DNA of 64,000 bases from Alphaproteobacteria bacterium (GTDB lineage Bacteria; Pseudomonadota; Alphaproteobacteria; Bin95), in assembly GCA_963665325.3 (NCBI GenBank), contig OZ224045.1, positions 448,001 to 512,000 on the forward strand, in the 5' to 3' direction. The notes under the pieces are model-generated. The model was not told where the DNA came from. It was given only the letters and a program-made list of their open reading frames with translations, and did not search any database. Within the stretch, counting starts at the first letter, position 1; each line of letters opens with the position of its first letter. The translations under genes were made by a program, and so were the position numbers. Shown piece by piece: positions 28,328 through 37,923 of this stretch.

Positions 28328-29464
28328 TCAGTCCTCCGCCTCGCCCGCGGCAGCGAGCTCTTTCCTCGACTTGATGAAGTCTTCCTCGGAAACGCCCGTG
28401 GCGCGGCAGACCGCCTTCTCCTCGACCGTCAGCACGTCGCTGTCCGGGGCGGCCGTCGCCGGCGCGACGCGCCCGTTCGGCAGGATCGCCGGCGCGTCCT
28501 TCACGAACTCGGCGAAGCCCGCCGGGTCCTTCGAGGCATAGCCGAGCGCCCAGTCGCGCGAGGCCGGCGCGACCTTGCCGGCCTCGATCGCCTTGTCGAC
28601 CGCCGTCGAGGCCGTCGCCTTCGCGCCGTTGGCCTGCAGCGTCGCCAGGTCCGTCTTGACCCGGTCGAACTCGGCCCTCGGCACAAACTCGCCGGGGTTC
28701 CCGGCGCCCGCCGTCGCGGTCTTCACCGCCGTCGCGATCTGGGCGAGCGTCGCCCCGTCCTCGAGCCCGGCGGCCGTGCGGATCGCGCCGAGGCCGGCCT
28801 GCTGCGCGGTGAGCGCCGCCGTGGCCGTCTCGCCGGTCACCTCGCCGTCGAGGCCGAGCGCCTTGCCGACCGCAGCCAGGCCCGCCGCGCCCGCAGCCGC
28901 AAGCTCGGCGGCGGCGAGAATCTCCGCCTCGGTGGCGGTTGCGGCCAGGCCGAGGGCCTTCCGCAGCTTCGCAAGGTCCATTTCGACCTCCTCGTCTTCG
29001 GGTTGCGCGCCGGCTATGGCGCTCATGTAAAGGGCCGGGTCGTTCACCAGGGCCGCGCCCGTGATGCGCATGACCTGCCGGTTGTCCCGGCGATACTGGA
29101 AGGTGGCGCTCGTGAAGCGGTACTCGCGGGCGCGGATCATCGCCGCCGCCCGCTCGTTCCACTCGACCGCGCCCCAGATCGCGCCGTCCCGCGCGAATAC
29201 CCGCCTGATCCACCCCGCCGCCGGCGCGGGCTGGCCGTTTACCTTCGCGCGCTCCGCCTGGTGCTCATAGTCGACCGGCAGGTCCAGGCGCATGTCGCGC
29301 GTCGCGGCAACCACCGCGTCCGCATCCGGGTTCTGCCAGGGCAGGCGGCCGTCATGCGGCCGGGTCCGCACCTCGCCGGCGGGCAGCAGCAGGATTTCGG
29401 CCGGGGGCTCATTGCCACCCGGAAGCTCCGCCGCCGTCGCCGCATGGAGATATCGAACCGTCAT
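28328..29464 (-). CDS. Mu-like prohead protease/scaffold gpI
   Basis: LLPAG...DGR, PVDYEHQ, PAPAAGWI, VEWN..A...I...EYR, GAALVNDP. Confidence 0.93.
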   Translation of the reverse strand: MTVRYLHAATAAELPGGNEPPAEILLLPAGEVRTRPHDGRLPWQNPDADAVVAATRDMRLDLPVDYEHQAERAKVNGQPAPAAGWIRRVFARDGAIWGAVEWNERAAAMIRAREYRFTSATFQYRRDNRQVMRITGAALVNDPALYMSAIAGAQPEDEEVEMDLAKLRKALGLAATATEAEILAAAELAAAGAAGLAAVGKALGLDGEVTGETATAALTAQQAGLGAIRTAAGLEDGATLAQIATAVKTATAGAGNPGEFVPRAEFDRVKTDLATLQANGAKATASTAVDKAIEAGKVAPASRDWALGYASKDPAGFAEFVKDAPAILPNGRVAPATAAPDSDVLTVEEKAVCRATGVSEEDFIKSRKELAAAGEAED

Positions 29465-29471
29465 GGCGTGG

Positions 29472-29520
29472 ATTATGGGGAGCGCCGATATCAGTGTTCA
29501 GGGGAACATGTTCCCCTGAA
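29472..29520 (-). promoter_or_regulatory. Late promoter with palindromic activator box (head operon)
   Basis: 24-bp palindrome TTCAGGGGAACATGTTCCCCTGAA (29497-29520); TGAACA-17 bp-CATAAT on the minus strand. Confidence 0.75.
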
Positions 29521-29624
29521 CGGGCGGCCCGACATGCGCTCGAATCCGCCCCGGTCGCTGCCGGTAATGGCCGGCGGGGGCCGCACTGCGACAACAGTGC
29601 GAACCGGGAGATAGCGCTCCCACG

Positions 29625-30512
29625 ATGCAAGCTGGCCTGGCCGGCACCGTCCCGCCACCCCGCACGGGGCAGGGCGGATTATCGTGGGAGCGCCTCTCTT
29701 TGTCGAATCACGCCCTCGAACCCGTCGACCCCGCGCTGCCGATCGCGCCCTGGTTCGGCGGCAAGAAATACCTGGCCGCCCGCATCGCAGAGCGGATCGA
29801 GGCTGTCCCGCACCGCTGCTATGCCGAGCCGTTCTGCGGCATGGCCGGCGTGTTCTTCCGCCGGACAAGCAGGCCGAAGAGCGAGGCGCTGAACGACATC
29901 AATGGCGAGATCGTCAACCTCTACCGCATCGTCCGCGAGCATCCCGAAGAGCTCCTCCGGCAGTTTGACTGGGCGCTGACCGCGCGGGCCGAGTTCATAC
30001 GCCTCGTCGAGACGCCGCCGGATATCCTGACCGACGTCCAGCGCGCCGCCCGCTTCGCCTATTGCCAGACGCTGATGTTCGGCGGCAAGCCCGCCACCCT
30101 CGGCAGCCGGGGCACGATATCGACCGGCCCTTACCACCCGGCGAAGATCACGACAGAGCGCCTGCAGCGCTTGGTCGGCGGCGCTCACGCCCGGCTCCAG
30201 GGCGTCCATGTCGAGAGCCTCGACTGGCGCGTCTTCATCTCCCGCTACGACAAGCCGTTCACGCTGTTCTACATCGACCCGCCCTACTGGGGCCACGAGG
30301 CGGACTACGGCAAGGGGATCTTCGCGCGGGAGGATTTCGCCGCCATGGCGGACCTGCTGCGCGGCCTCAAGGGCCGGTTCATCTTGAGCCTCAACGACCG
30401 GCCCGAGGTCCGGGAGACCTTCGCCGGGTTCGAGTTCGAGGAGGTAACGACCCGCTACTCGGCCAACGCGAAGAGCACCAGGCGCGCGGCGGAGCTGCTG
30501 ATCTCGAATTAG
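29625..30512 (+). CDS. DNA adenine methyltransferase (Dam/D12 class)
   Basis: PWFGGK, YAEPFCGMAGVFF, E.LNDINGE, FYIDPPY; start uncertain. Confidence 0.92.
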   Translation: MQAGLAGTVPPPRTGQGGLSWERLSLSNHALEPVDPALPIAPWFGGKKYLAARIAERIEAVPHRCYAEPFCGMAGVFFRRTSRPKSEALNDINGEIVNLYRIVREHPEELLRQFDWALTARAEFIRLVETPPDILTDVQRAARFAYCQTLMFGGKPATLGSRGTISTGPYHPAKITTERLQRLVGGAHARLQGVHVESLDWRVFISRYDKPFTLFYIDPPYWGHEADYGKGIFAREDFAAMADLLRGLKGRFILSLNDRPEVRETFAGFEFEEVTTRYSANAKSTRRAAELLISN

Positions 30513-30994
30513 AGCTTCGACAGCAGGTAGTCCGCGACGAGGTCCTCGATCTCGCCGGCGTCGGCGTCCGACAGGCCGAGGAACTCGCGCGCCGGGATGT
30601 CGCCCCACGGAATCGGCGACCCCTTCGACGTCGTGCCGAACGAGCCCTTTTCCGCCCCGAACTGGTGCGTGCCGGCATAGACGAGCGGGCTCCCGACCAG
30701 AACCTCCGCCGGCCCCGCCTGAAACGGGATTTGACCGCCGAGGAATCCGTCGCGTGTCAGGATGCGGCTCTTGTTCCGGCGCTTGCGCTTCCGGGTCGCC
30801 TCGGAAAGCGGCTGCCATGGCGTGCCGTCCGGGCCCCGCTCGTCGGCAAACCGGTCCTTCGTGACGCGGACCAGGTATTCGCCGATGTCGCGCATGACGG
30901 GCGTCAGGTCTTGCCCCGCGGCGGCCAGCGCGCCGAGCCGCTTCGTGGCCGTGTCGATACCGACGACGTCGATTGAAATGCGGGCGCCGGCCAT
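30509..30994 (-). CDS. Virion morphogenesis protein (Mu gpG-like)
   Basis: RF..ERGPDGTPWQPLS, YAGTHQFG, IPAREFLGLS. Confidence 0.9.
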   Translation of the reverse strand: MAGARISIDVVGIDTATKRLGALAAAGQDLTPVMRDIGEYLVRVTKDRFADERGPDGTPWQPLSEATRKRKRRNKSRILTRDGFLGGQIPFQAGPAEVLVGSPLVYAGTHQFGAEKGSFGTTSKGSPIPWGDIPAREFLGLSDADAGEIEDLVADYLLSKL

Positions 30995-30996
30995 GG

Positions 30997-31203
30997 CTAC
31001 TCGTCGGTGTGTCCGGCGCAGATGTTCTGTCGGATTGTCGCCGCCCTTGCGGAAGCGGTGCATGCGAGCTTCTCGAACAGCTCGGCCTGCTCCGTCGCGG
31101 TCGTCAGGCTCTCGACCGTCCCCTCGACAGCGATCCGCAGCGCCCATCCCGTATCGGTCTTGCGGCCCGTGACCGCGCAGATCTGTGAAAAGTCACCGCT
31201 CAT
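30997..31203 (-). CDS. Small hypothetical protein (68 aa)
   Basis: Overlaps the upstream ORF and sits in operon. Confidence 0.5.
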   Translation of the reverse strand: MSGDFSQICAVTGRKTDTGWALRIAVEGTVESLTTATEQAELFEKLACTASARAATIRQNICAGHTDE

Positions 31204-31591
31204 GTCGCTCCCCCTGCTCGCGGGCCTTCCGCGCCTCATAGTCCGCCGCCGCGCCCTCGTCGTCATATTCCTGCGGGACCAGGCCGTCGAGCGGGATCGA
31301 CTTGTCGTCGTCCCAGCTCGGCAGGTCGAAGATCGACGCGACGCCGGCGCGGGCCGCAGCAGCGTTCACGCCGTGCTCGGCCTGCATCCTGTTGGCAAGC
31401 ATCTGCTCGCCTTCGGTCATCTCGGACTCCGGCGTGATGGGCGCGTTAAGGGTTCCCCACCGGTCCTCGGCCAGCTTGCGGCCTTCTTCTTCGCCATGGC
31501 GCGCGATGCACTCGGCAAATATCCGCTCGCGGGCTTCCTCGGCCGTTTCTTCGGTCCAGGTGCCGTCGGCATTCAATCGCTCATATGCCAT
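31193..31591 (-). CDS. Acidic hypothetical protein, candidate immunity protein for the MuF toxin
   Basis: ATG overlaps the 3' end of the MuF-ART gene; 132 aa, D/E-rich. Function inferred from position. Confidence 0.55.
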   Translation of the reverse strand: MAYERLNADGTWTEETAEEARERIFAECIARHGEEEGRKLAEDRWGTLNAPITPESEMTEGEQMLANRMQAEHGVNAAAARAGVASIFDLPSWDDDKSIPLDGLVPQEYDDEGAAADYEARKAREQGERHER

Positions 31592-33995
31592 CGTCAACTT
31601 CCTCGACTTCGATCTCGACCACCCCGCGAGAGACCCTGCTTGGAGTGCCCACCACCCGCATCCTGGTTCCGGCCTTGAACAGCACCTCATCCTCGGTCGC
31701 ATATTGCGAGTAAGGCTTGATGTCCTTTCCATGCCGGCCCTTGATGACGAACCGCGTGTTGCCCCGGAACGCCTTCTCCTTCTTGCGCGACGAGCTGGAG
31801 AACGCCGCCCAAGTATGGGTGCTCCCCGGTATATAGGAAGCCTGCTCCTGCGCCGAAAGGGTCACGCCACGCCAGAACGTGCCGGCCTGGTCGGGTATGC
31901 GGTCGAGCGCGTCGTTCAGGGTGAGCATGTAGTCCTCGATCCGCTGCGCCGGCGCGCGGCCCTCGGCGAACGAATCCCGCAGCTCGTCGTTCAGCCGGCG
32001 GTAGTGATGCCAGCCGCTCTTCTCCGTCGTGTAGGAGTAGGTCGAAACCAGCTCCGGATCGGTCATCCCGTAACGCGGCGCCCCTTGCGATATCTTCCGT
32101 CTCCCGCTGCCGAGCGCATCACTATACCACGAACCCAGCGCGGCCTTCGTGCGGTCCTCATAGGCAAGCGGATTGCGGGCGGCGCGCATGGCGGCGCGCA
32201 CGCGCGGCTGGATTTCGCTCTTCAGCAGCGCGGCCCGTTCAGCCAGTAGCGTGCGGATCGCGGCGATGTCCGCCTCGGCGACGCCCGCGACCTCGGGCGC
32301 CAGGCGGGCGAAGTTGTCCGTGCGCTTGCCGAGCGCGGCGATCTCGTCGATCTGCCGGAGCGCCTGGCGCCCGAGCGCGTCGGGGCCGTCGACGCCGGCG
32401 GCGCGGAACACCCGCGTGTAGGCCGGGTTGCGGCCCGTGTCGGCGAACCCGTCCCACTCACTGATCTGGCGAAGCCGCTCCAGCGGCTTGCGCCCGGCGC
32501 GGGCCCGCATCAGCAGCGCGCCGCCCTGGTCGATCCGCGCGACCGAGTTCCAGGCCGCGCGCGTGGCGACGACATTGTCGAGCTCGAGGCCGACCGCGTC
32601 CCAGTTGGCCATCCAGACGTCGGCGGAGAAGCCCCGCAGCACCTCCTTCGACCGGCCCTTGGGCAGGCGCTTCAGCGCGCCGAGCGTGCCGGAGTGGTCG
32701 ACGATCTCGCTGGCGATGCCGACGATCCTGTCGCCGTCGCGCAGCAGCTCGGAAACCGGCGCGTCGATGCCGAGCTCCCGGTAGGCGCGGTTCGCCACCG
32801 CTTCGCCGTAAGCCTGCGCCGCGTCGTCGTAGAATTTGACATAGCGCCTCACGCCGTCGGCGCCCTCGAAAAGCCCGCCCGGATTGCTGCCGGCCTGGCG
32901 CCCGACCTGGCGGGCGGTGGCGTCGGCGCGGGAGAGCTCGCCGATGGCCCAGGGATCGGACGGCGCCGTGGCAGCCGACTGTCCCGGCGCATAGCCCCAG
33001 CCAGGATCGATTCCCTCCGGGACCTCGACGATGCGCGGGCTCGGGCCGTTCTGGCCGACGGTCACCATGCGCATGTTCAGCGGCGGCGCGGTGTCCGGCC
33101 CGGTCTTGCCGAGGCGCTGCAGGTCGCGGTCGTTCAGCGCCTCGACATAGCACTTGCAGCCCCAGCCGTTCGGCCCGTAATGCGTGTCCCACCACGGATC
33201 GTCATGGCGCAGCACCATGCCGTCCCAGGCGAGATGCTCGGCGCGCGGCTGCTCCGATGCGTGGCTGTGCCGGTAGCGCCAGTATGGCCGGCGGTCGGAG
33301 ATCGCCTTCATCTGCCGGTAGCGGCCCGCCGCATAGGACGTGCGCATGTTGGTGCCGTAGATGACCTGAGTGCGCCAGTTGCGCCCGCCCTTGTAGCTCC
33401 AGCCGTGCTTGGCGACGGTCGCGTCGAAGTCGCGGCGGAACTTCGCCAGCGTCGTGCCGTCCGCGATCGCGCTGTCGACCGCCTGGCGCAGGTCGCCCAC
33501 CAGGTCGGCATGGGCGGCGCCGGCGACGACGAAGGCGCGGTCGTGCTCGTCGTGCCAGATATCGGTCCAGGCTTCGGTCGGCAGGTTCAGCTTCGAGCGG
33601 AAGAAATCGATCTGCTCGGAGAACGACAGGCGGCTGTGCTCGGCGGCGGCCGAGGCGAGCGCGACCGGGACCTCCTCGACGTCGTAGCGCCCGGCGAGAT
33701 GCGCGGCGGCCAGCGCCGGGCCGAGCACCGCCACGGCATCCTCGACATCGGGCGTCGGCGCCCGCGGCGAGGCCAGCCAGGCGTTTGCCTCGTCGAGGCG
33801 GTCTCGGAATGCCTCCAGCGAGGCGTCCAGATCGGTGCGGAGGCCCTCCCACCAGGCGTCGATGAGCGGGCCAAGCTCGCGCGCGACGCGCGCTGTCAGC
33901 TCCGGGACCGGGCTGTCTTCTTCCTCGTCCTCGGCCAGTGCGCTCCCGTTACCGCCGCCGGCGTCACGCGCCCCGCCGGCGGCCGGCGAGGGGGG
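31581..33995 (-). CDS. Portal C-terminus + MuF (gp30) + kinase-like domain + ADP-ribosyltransferase
   Basis: MuF motifs RAFVVAGA, IYGTNMRTSY.AGR and PNGWGCKC; kinase-like YVK..E..A and D.W.ANWD..G...DN...RIDQG; ART motifs WRG, FSSSS, EDEVLF. The frame is open upstream of 33734 to ~34030. Confidence 0.85.
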   Translation of the reverse strand, partial: PPSPAAGGARDAGGGNGSALAEDEEEDSPVPELTARVARELGPLIDAWWEGLRTDLDASLEAFRDRLDEANAWLASPRAPTPDVEDAVAVLGPALAAAHLAGRYDVEEVPVALASAAAEHSRLSFSEQIDFFRSKLNLPTEAWTDIWHDEHDRAFVVAGAAHADLVGDLRQAVDSAIADGTTLAKFRRDFDATVAKHGWSYKGGRNWRTQVIYGTNMRTSYAAGRYRQMKAISDRRPYWRYRHSHASEQPRAEHLAWDGMVLRHDDPWWDTHYGPNGWGCKCYVEALNDRDLQRLGKTGPDTAPPLNMRMVTVGQNGPSPRIVEVPEGIDPGWGYAPGQSAATAPSDPWAIGELSRADATARQVGRQAGSNPGGLFEGADGVRRYVKFYDDAAQAYGEAVANRAYRELGIDAPVSELLRDGDRIVGIASEIVDHSGTLGALKRLPKGRSKEVLRGFSADVWMANWDAVGLELDNVVATRAAWNSVARIDQGGALLMRARAGRKPLERLRQISEWDGFADTGRNPAYTRVFRAAGVDGPDALGRQALRQIDEIAALGKRTDNFARLAPEVAGVAEADIAAIRTLLAERAALLKSEIQPRVRAAMRAARNPLAYEDRTKAALGSWYSDALGSGRRKISQGAPRYGMTDPELVSTYSYTTEKSGWHHYRRLNDELRDSFAEGRAPAQRIEDYMLTLNDALDRIPDQAGTFWRGVTLSAQEQASYIPGSTHTWAAFSSSSRKKEKAFRGNTRFVIKGRHGKDIKPYSQYATEDEVLFKAGTRMRVVGTPSRVSRGVVEIEVEEVDDGI

Positions 33996-35329
33996 CCGGT
34001 GGATCTCCGCCTTCCGGCGCTCGCGTCTTCAGGGTCGTCGGGGTCGTCGGGCGGGTCATCTTCCTCGCCCGGGTCCGCCATCACCCGCGGTTCGAGTATG
34101 TCATCGCCTTCCTCGGGCGCGTCCATGCCCAGCATTTCGAGCACCTGCGAGCTCCTCACCCTGAGGCCCAGCGGCACGAGCTTGGCCAGCGCGTCGGACA
34201 CGCGCGCAACGTCCAGCGTCTCCTCGCGCCCGATGACGATGCGGGGATAGCGTTTGCGTTCGCCCCGGTTAAGCGCCACCAGCGGGCGCGCGATGTCGCG
34301 CGACAGCGTCTGCGAGAGTGCAAAGGCGTCGGAGCGCTCGATATCGCGCCGGACCTCGTCATGGACGGTGCCCAACGCGCGCGAGCCGCTGTCGCCGACT
34401 TCCGTGGTGAGCGTCTGGCCGAGCACGGCCTTCGAGATCAGCGCGTCGATATAGGCCACAAGGTCCTGGTGCACCCCCGCCCGGCCGGTTCCGCCGCCGC
34501 CCTCGATCTTGGCGAACTCCAGCATCATCGATTCCGGGATCATCGCGGCCGCGTCCGAGCCGAGATTGGTCAGGGCCCGGAGCAGGAGCGCCCTGTCCTC
34601 CTCGCCCGCACCCGGAGGGAACTTGCCGATCCGGAACGGCTGGCCGTACGTCTCGATGAACTGGACCCAGTCCTTCGTGGCAAAGTTGGAATACAGGTAC
34701 CACCAGGCCACCATGCGCGCGAACCCGCCCCGGATCGGCAGACCGGACTTCGCCTTGAAGCGGTGGACCACGAACTTGAACGGCGCCAGCGGCTCGCGCC
34801 AGTTATCCAGGCCGCGCACGTGCAGCGTGCGCCCGTCGATATCGTCGAACTCGAACCAGCGCGGGTCGCGGTATTCGAGGCGCATCGGCCACCATCGCTC
34901 GGTTCCACGGTCCCACATGATCTCAGTGACCGAGAAGCCCTTGCCGAGCGCATCCATCATATCGACGAGTTCGTCTTCGAGCGGCTCACCGTCGACCCAC
35001 TCCTGAACCAGTTCCGCGTCGGCCTTCGCTTCGGCGTCGTCGCCGGCCGGGACCACGTTTACGTCGAGTTGCGCCGCCTGGCGTTTCCGGGTGCCGAGCA
35101 CAGCCAGATAGTGGAGGTTCTTCTCCTCCATCTCCTCGGCGAGCTCCAGGTAGCGGACCGCGTCGCCGGTCTCGGCCTCGCGCAGCAGCGCGCCCAGACG
35201 GCCGGGCGTAAGCCCCTGCGCCGGGTGCTCGGACAGGATCGAGCGCACGCCCGAGATCGTCGGGCCGGCCAGCTCGCGCTTCAGCTTCGAGGTTTCGACG
35301 ACATTGCCGAACTGGTCGTAAAGCGGCAT
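33896..35329 (-). CDS. Mu gp29-like portal protein (DUF935), C-terminus frameshifted
   Basis: LTPGRL..LLREA, KGFSV.EI.W, DWVQFIETYGQPFRIGK, ISKAVLGQTLT, HDEVR.D. Confidence 0.92.
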   Translation of the reverse strand: MPLYDQFGNVVETSKLKRELAGPTISGVRSILSEHPAQGLTPGRLGALLREAETGDAVRYLELAEEMEEKNLHYLAVLGTRKRQAAQLDVNVVPAGDDAEAKADAELVQEWVDGEPLEDELVDMMDALGKGFSVTEIMWDRGTERWWPMRLEYRDPRWFEFDDIDGRTLHVRGLDNWREPLAPFKFVVHRFKAKSGLPIRGGFARMVAWWYLYSNFATKDWVQFIETYGQPFRIGKFPPGAGEEDRALLLRALTNLGSDAAAMIPESMMLEFAKIEGGGGTGRAGVHQDLVAYIDALISKAVLGQTLTTEVGDSGSRALGTVHDEVRRDIERSDAFALSQTLSRDIARPLVALNRGERKRYPRIVIGREETLDVARVSDALAKLVPLGLRVRSSQVLEMLGMDAPEEGDDILEPRVMADPGEEDDPPDDPDDPEDASAGRRRSTGPPRRPPAGRVTPAAVTGAHWPRTRKKTARSRS

Positions 35330-36715
35330 CTACCAGGCCTCCGCTCGGGACGGGCCGCGCTTCCAGTCGCCGCTATGGTCCGGGCGCCAGAACCCGCGCG
35401 ACCCGGCCGGGCCGTCCGCCGTGCGCGGCGAGCGGGCGCGCGGCGCGGCCGTGTAGCCAAACTCGACCGGGCCGGTTGCGGCAGCCGACGCCATCAGCGC
35501 CGCCGCCCAGAAGCGGTCCGCGTGGCCGTCGTCGCTGTCGTCGGCCAGCAACCGGACCTGGCCGGTCGGCCCGACGACCTTTTGCACGGAATGCAGGTCC
35601 GCCCGAATCTTGGCGTCGCCCTGCGGGATGCGGATCTTCCTGTCCTCAAACCGTTCCTTCAGGCAGGTCGCCATGTGCAGTTTCGACGCCGCGCTGAATA
35701 TCACGCCCTCGACCGTGTTCCGTCCGTAGCGGCGCTGCGCGTCCTCGACCGGCTTCTCTCCCATGCCCGTCTGGTCCATGGCGAGCCGCACCGGACGGTA
35801 GCGCTCCATCATCTCGTCGAGCGTCGTGTCCTGTTCCATGAAGGTCTTGCCGCCAAGGATGCGGACCTCGCGTGTCCATGCCACGTCTCCGATCATCTCG
35901 GCCGCCCAGGCACACCAGAGGTGGCGCCGGCGTCCGATATCGTTCCCGACGAAGCACTGCCCGCCCGTGTAATGTTCCGGATAGCCGGCGAGCGGGTTCT
36001 CGCAACTGTCGATCAGCTCGTATGGCAGCCAGGCCGACGCCTCGTCCAGCCACTCGCAGAGATACTCCTGGCGCCACAGTTCTTCGTCGGCCAGGCCGGC
36101 CCGAAGCTCCTCCGGGTCGACCGGGAAGCCGTCATCGACCGCCCGGTGGATGTTCACCATATGGCGCGACCACTGGCTGTCGTCGCCCGTCATCAGCTCG
36201 TAGAACTTTCCGGACTTCCCGTGCGGCGTCGAGGTGATGCGGATCTTCCAGCCCTTGGTGATCACCGGGAACAGCGCGCCCCAGATCTCGCGGCTGCTCT
36301 TGTGGATGGCGAACTCGTCCAGGAACACATTGCGGGAATAGCCGCGGGCGGTGTCGGGGTTGGCCGGCAACGCCGTCACGATGTTGCCGCCGCCGGCGTC
36401 CCACTCGTTGGCGCGGTATTTCTGGCCGTCGATGTCCAGATCGTATTCCGTTTCCTTCAGGACGAGCCCGTAAGCCTTCGCGTGCAGCTGGATGCCGGCG
36501 CGCATCGCCTCACGCGCCTGGCGGTCGCCGCGCGACAGGATCACCCAGGGAGACGCCCGCCCCTGCGAACGGGCCGTGTAAATGTCGTCGACGATCTCCA
36601 GCGTCGTGGTGAAGGTCTTGCCGACCTGCCGCGACCAGAGCCCGATCTTGAACCGGCTCCGGTCGAGGAACCACTTCTGCTGATAGTCATAGATCGGGAC
36701 GGCCGGCTCACTCAT
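35330..36715 (-). CDS. Terminase large subunit
   Basis: YQQKW..DRSRFKI..WSRQVGKT, ALPANPDTARG, FLDEFA, STPHGK, HADRFWA. Confidence 0.94.
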   Translation of the reverse strand: MSEPAVPIYDYQQKWFLDRSRFKIGLWSRQVGKTFTTTLEIVDDIYTARSQGRASPWVILSRGDRQAREAMRAGIQLHAKAYGLVLKETEYDLDIDGQKYRANEWDAGGGNIVTALPANPDTARGYSRNVFLDEFAIHKSSREIWGALFPVITKGWKIRITSTPHGKSGKFYELMTGDDSQWSRHMVNIHRAVDDGFPVDPEELRAGLADEELWRQEYLCEWLDEASAWLPYELIDSCENPLAGYPEHYTGGQCFVGNDIGRRRHLWCAWAAEMIGDVAWTREVRILGGKTFMEQDTTLDEMMERYRPVRLAMDQTGMGEKPVEDAQRRYGRNTVEGVIFSAASKLHMATCLKERFEDRKIRIPQGDAKIRADLHSVQKVVGPTGQVRLLADDSDDGHADRFWAAALMASAAATGPVEFGYTAAPRARSPRTADGPAGSRGFWRPDHSGDWKRGPSRAEAW

Positions 36716-37277
36716 CGAGAATCCCGTAGACCTCGCGGCGGACGCGGCGGACAGCGTCCATCGGATCGCCGCCCTTTGCGGCCTCGCCTTTGGCCTCTTC
36801 CGGCTTTTGGCTCACCGCGCGGACCGCCGTTGTGCCAGGCGCCGCACTCTCCTGCAGCGTGCGCTCGCGCGCGGCCCGGAGCCGCGTCAACCTCTGGCTC
36901 TGGCTCAGCTTCTGGAAGTCGGCCAGATCGGCGATCGCTATCTCGCCCTGCGCCAGCGCCTTGCGAACGCCCTCGAACTCCGCGACCTGCAGCATGTGCT
37001 CGGCGGCGAGGCTGTAATCCTCGCCGGCGTCCCTGGCGAGCGCGGCATGCAACTTCGCCGTTATCGAGGAGACCGATATCGCCGTGAGCATCGCCTGGGA
37101 CTCGTTTCGGACCTCCCGGAAATACCGCCAGACTGCCGAGTAGCTGATGTCGTGGCCCCGATCCTTCAGCCAGGCCGCGTGGTTCTCATAACCGGAGAAG
37201 CCGCTGTGGATGACGCGCAGATGCAATTCCTGAAGCACGTCCGCCGGCAGCTGCGCGATCTTCGAGCGCGCGGGCAT
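36708..37277 (-). CDS. Mu gp27-like small terminase (DUF3486)
   Basis: RSKIAQLP, WL...GHDIS.SAV.RY; overlaps terL. Confidence 0.8.
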   Translation of the reverse strand: MPARSKIAQLPADVLQELHLRVIHSGFSGYENHAAWLKDRGHDISYSAVWRYFREVRNESQAMLTAISVSSITAKLHAALARDAGEDYSLAAEHMLQVAEFEGVRKALAQGEIAIADLADFQKLSQSQRLTRLRAARERTLQESAAPGTTAVRAVSQKPEEAKGEAAKGGDPMDAVRRVRREVYGILDE

Positions 37278-37594
37278 CAGGCATGCCGGTCGAGGAAGGG
37301 CGGGCGGTCGATGCCGGGCGCGACATCGATCTCGTAATCGACAACGTCCCGGCCGTGGCGCGTCAGCTTCGCCCGCCAGGCGCGAAGCTCCGACTTCTCG
37401 ATCTCGACGAGCTTCCGCTCCGCCAGGTAATCGAGCTCGGTGCGCACGCGTTCGATGGTGACGCCGAGATATTCCGCGCGGGCGACGTCGAGGCACATCT
37501 GGTCGGTCGCCCCGATGTGGCCGCCGACCATCAGCGTGCGCAGGATCGTCCACCTGAGCCCGGCGATGTGGATTTGCGTCATCCCATCCTTCAT
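37277..37594 (-). CDS. Mu gp26-like winged-helix protein
   Basis: LRW.IL, VR.ELDYL.ER.LV, LTRHG.DVVDY....PGI.RP. Confidence 0.75.
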   Translation of the reverse strand: MKDGMTQIHIAGLRWTILRTLMVGGHIGATDQMCLDVARAEYLGVTIERVRTELDYLAERKLVEIEKSELRAWRAKLTRHGRDVVDYEIDVAPGIDRPPFLDRHA

Positions 37595-37923
37595 TTGATC
37601 GCTCCTATGCGCTCCTCAAGGCGGGCCAACGTCGCGCTGTGCGTCTCCAGAAGGCCGATAACCCGGCTCTGGTTGGTGATGTAATCGTCGCGGCGGACGA
37701 AGTTCTCGGCGATATGCAGCTTGAGCGCATCCAGCTCGCGCTCCAGGGTATGCACCCGCTGGATCACGCCCTGCTCCACCGACCCGCAGTCGGCGGCGGG
37801 CGCGGGCGCGGGCGGAGCGGAGTTCATGATGCCGAGGCGTTTCAGCGCCAGGACACCGCCGCCCAGGAATATCAGGACGCCGACGACGCTGGCGAAAGCC
37901 TGCCACGCATCGGGGCCGGGCAT
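37591..37923 (-). CDS. Membrane protein with coiled coil (Mu gp25-like)
   Basis: N-terminal TM helix; ENFVRRDDY motif. Confidence 0.65.
   Translation of the reverse strand: MPGPDAWQAFASVVGVLIFLGGGVLALKRLGIMNSAPPAPAPAADCGSVEQGVIQRVHTLERELDALKLHIAENFVRRDDYITNQSRVIGLLETHSATLARLEERIGAIK

Noticed and set aside
29521-29700. Possible Com-like zinc-ribbon gene upstream of the MTase
   Set aside because: No frame gives two CxxC pairs with a credible start.
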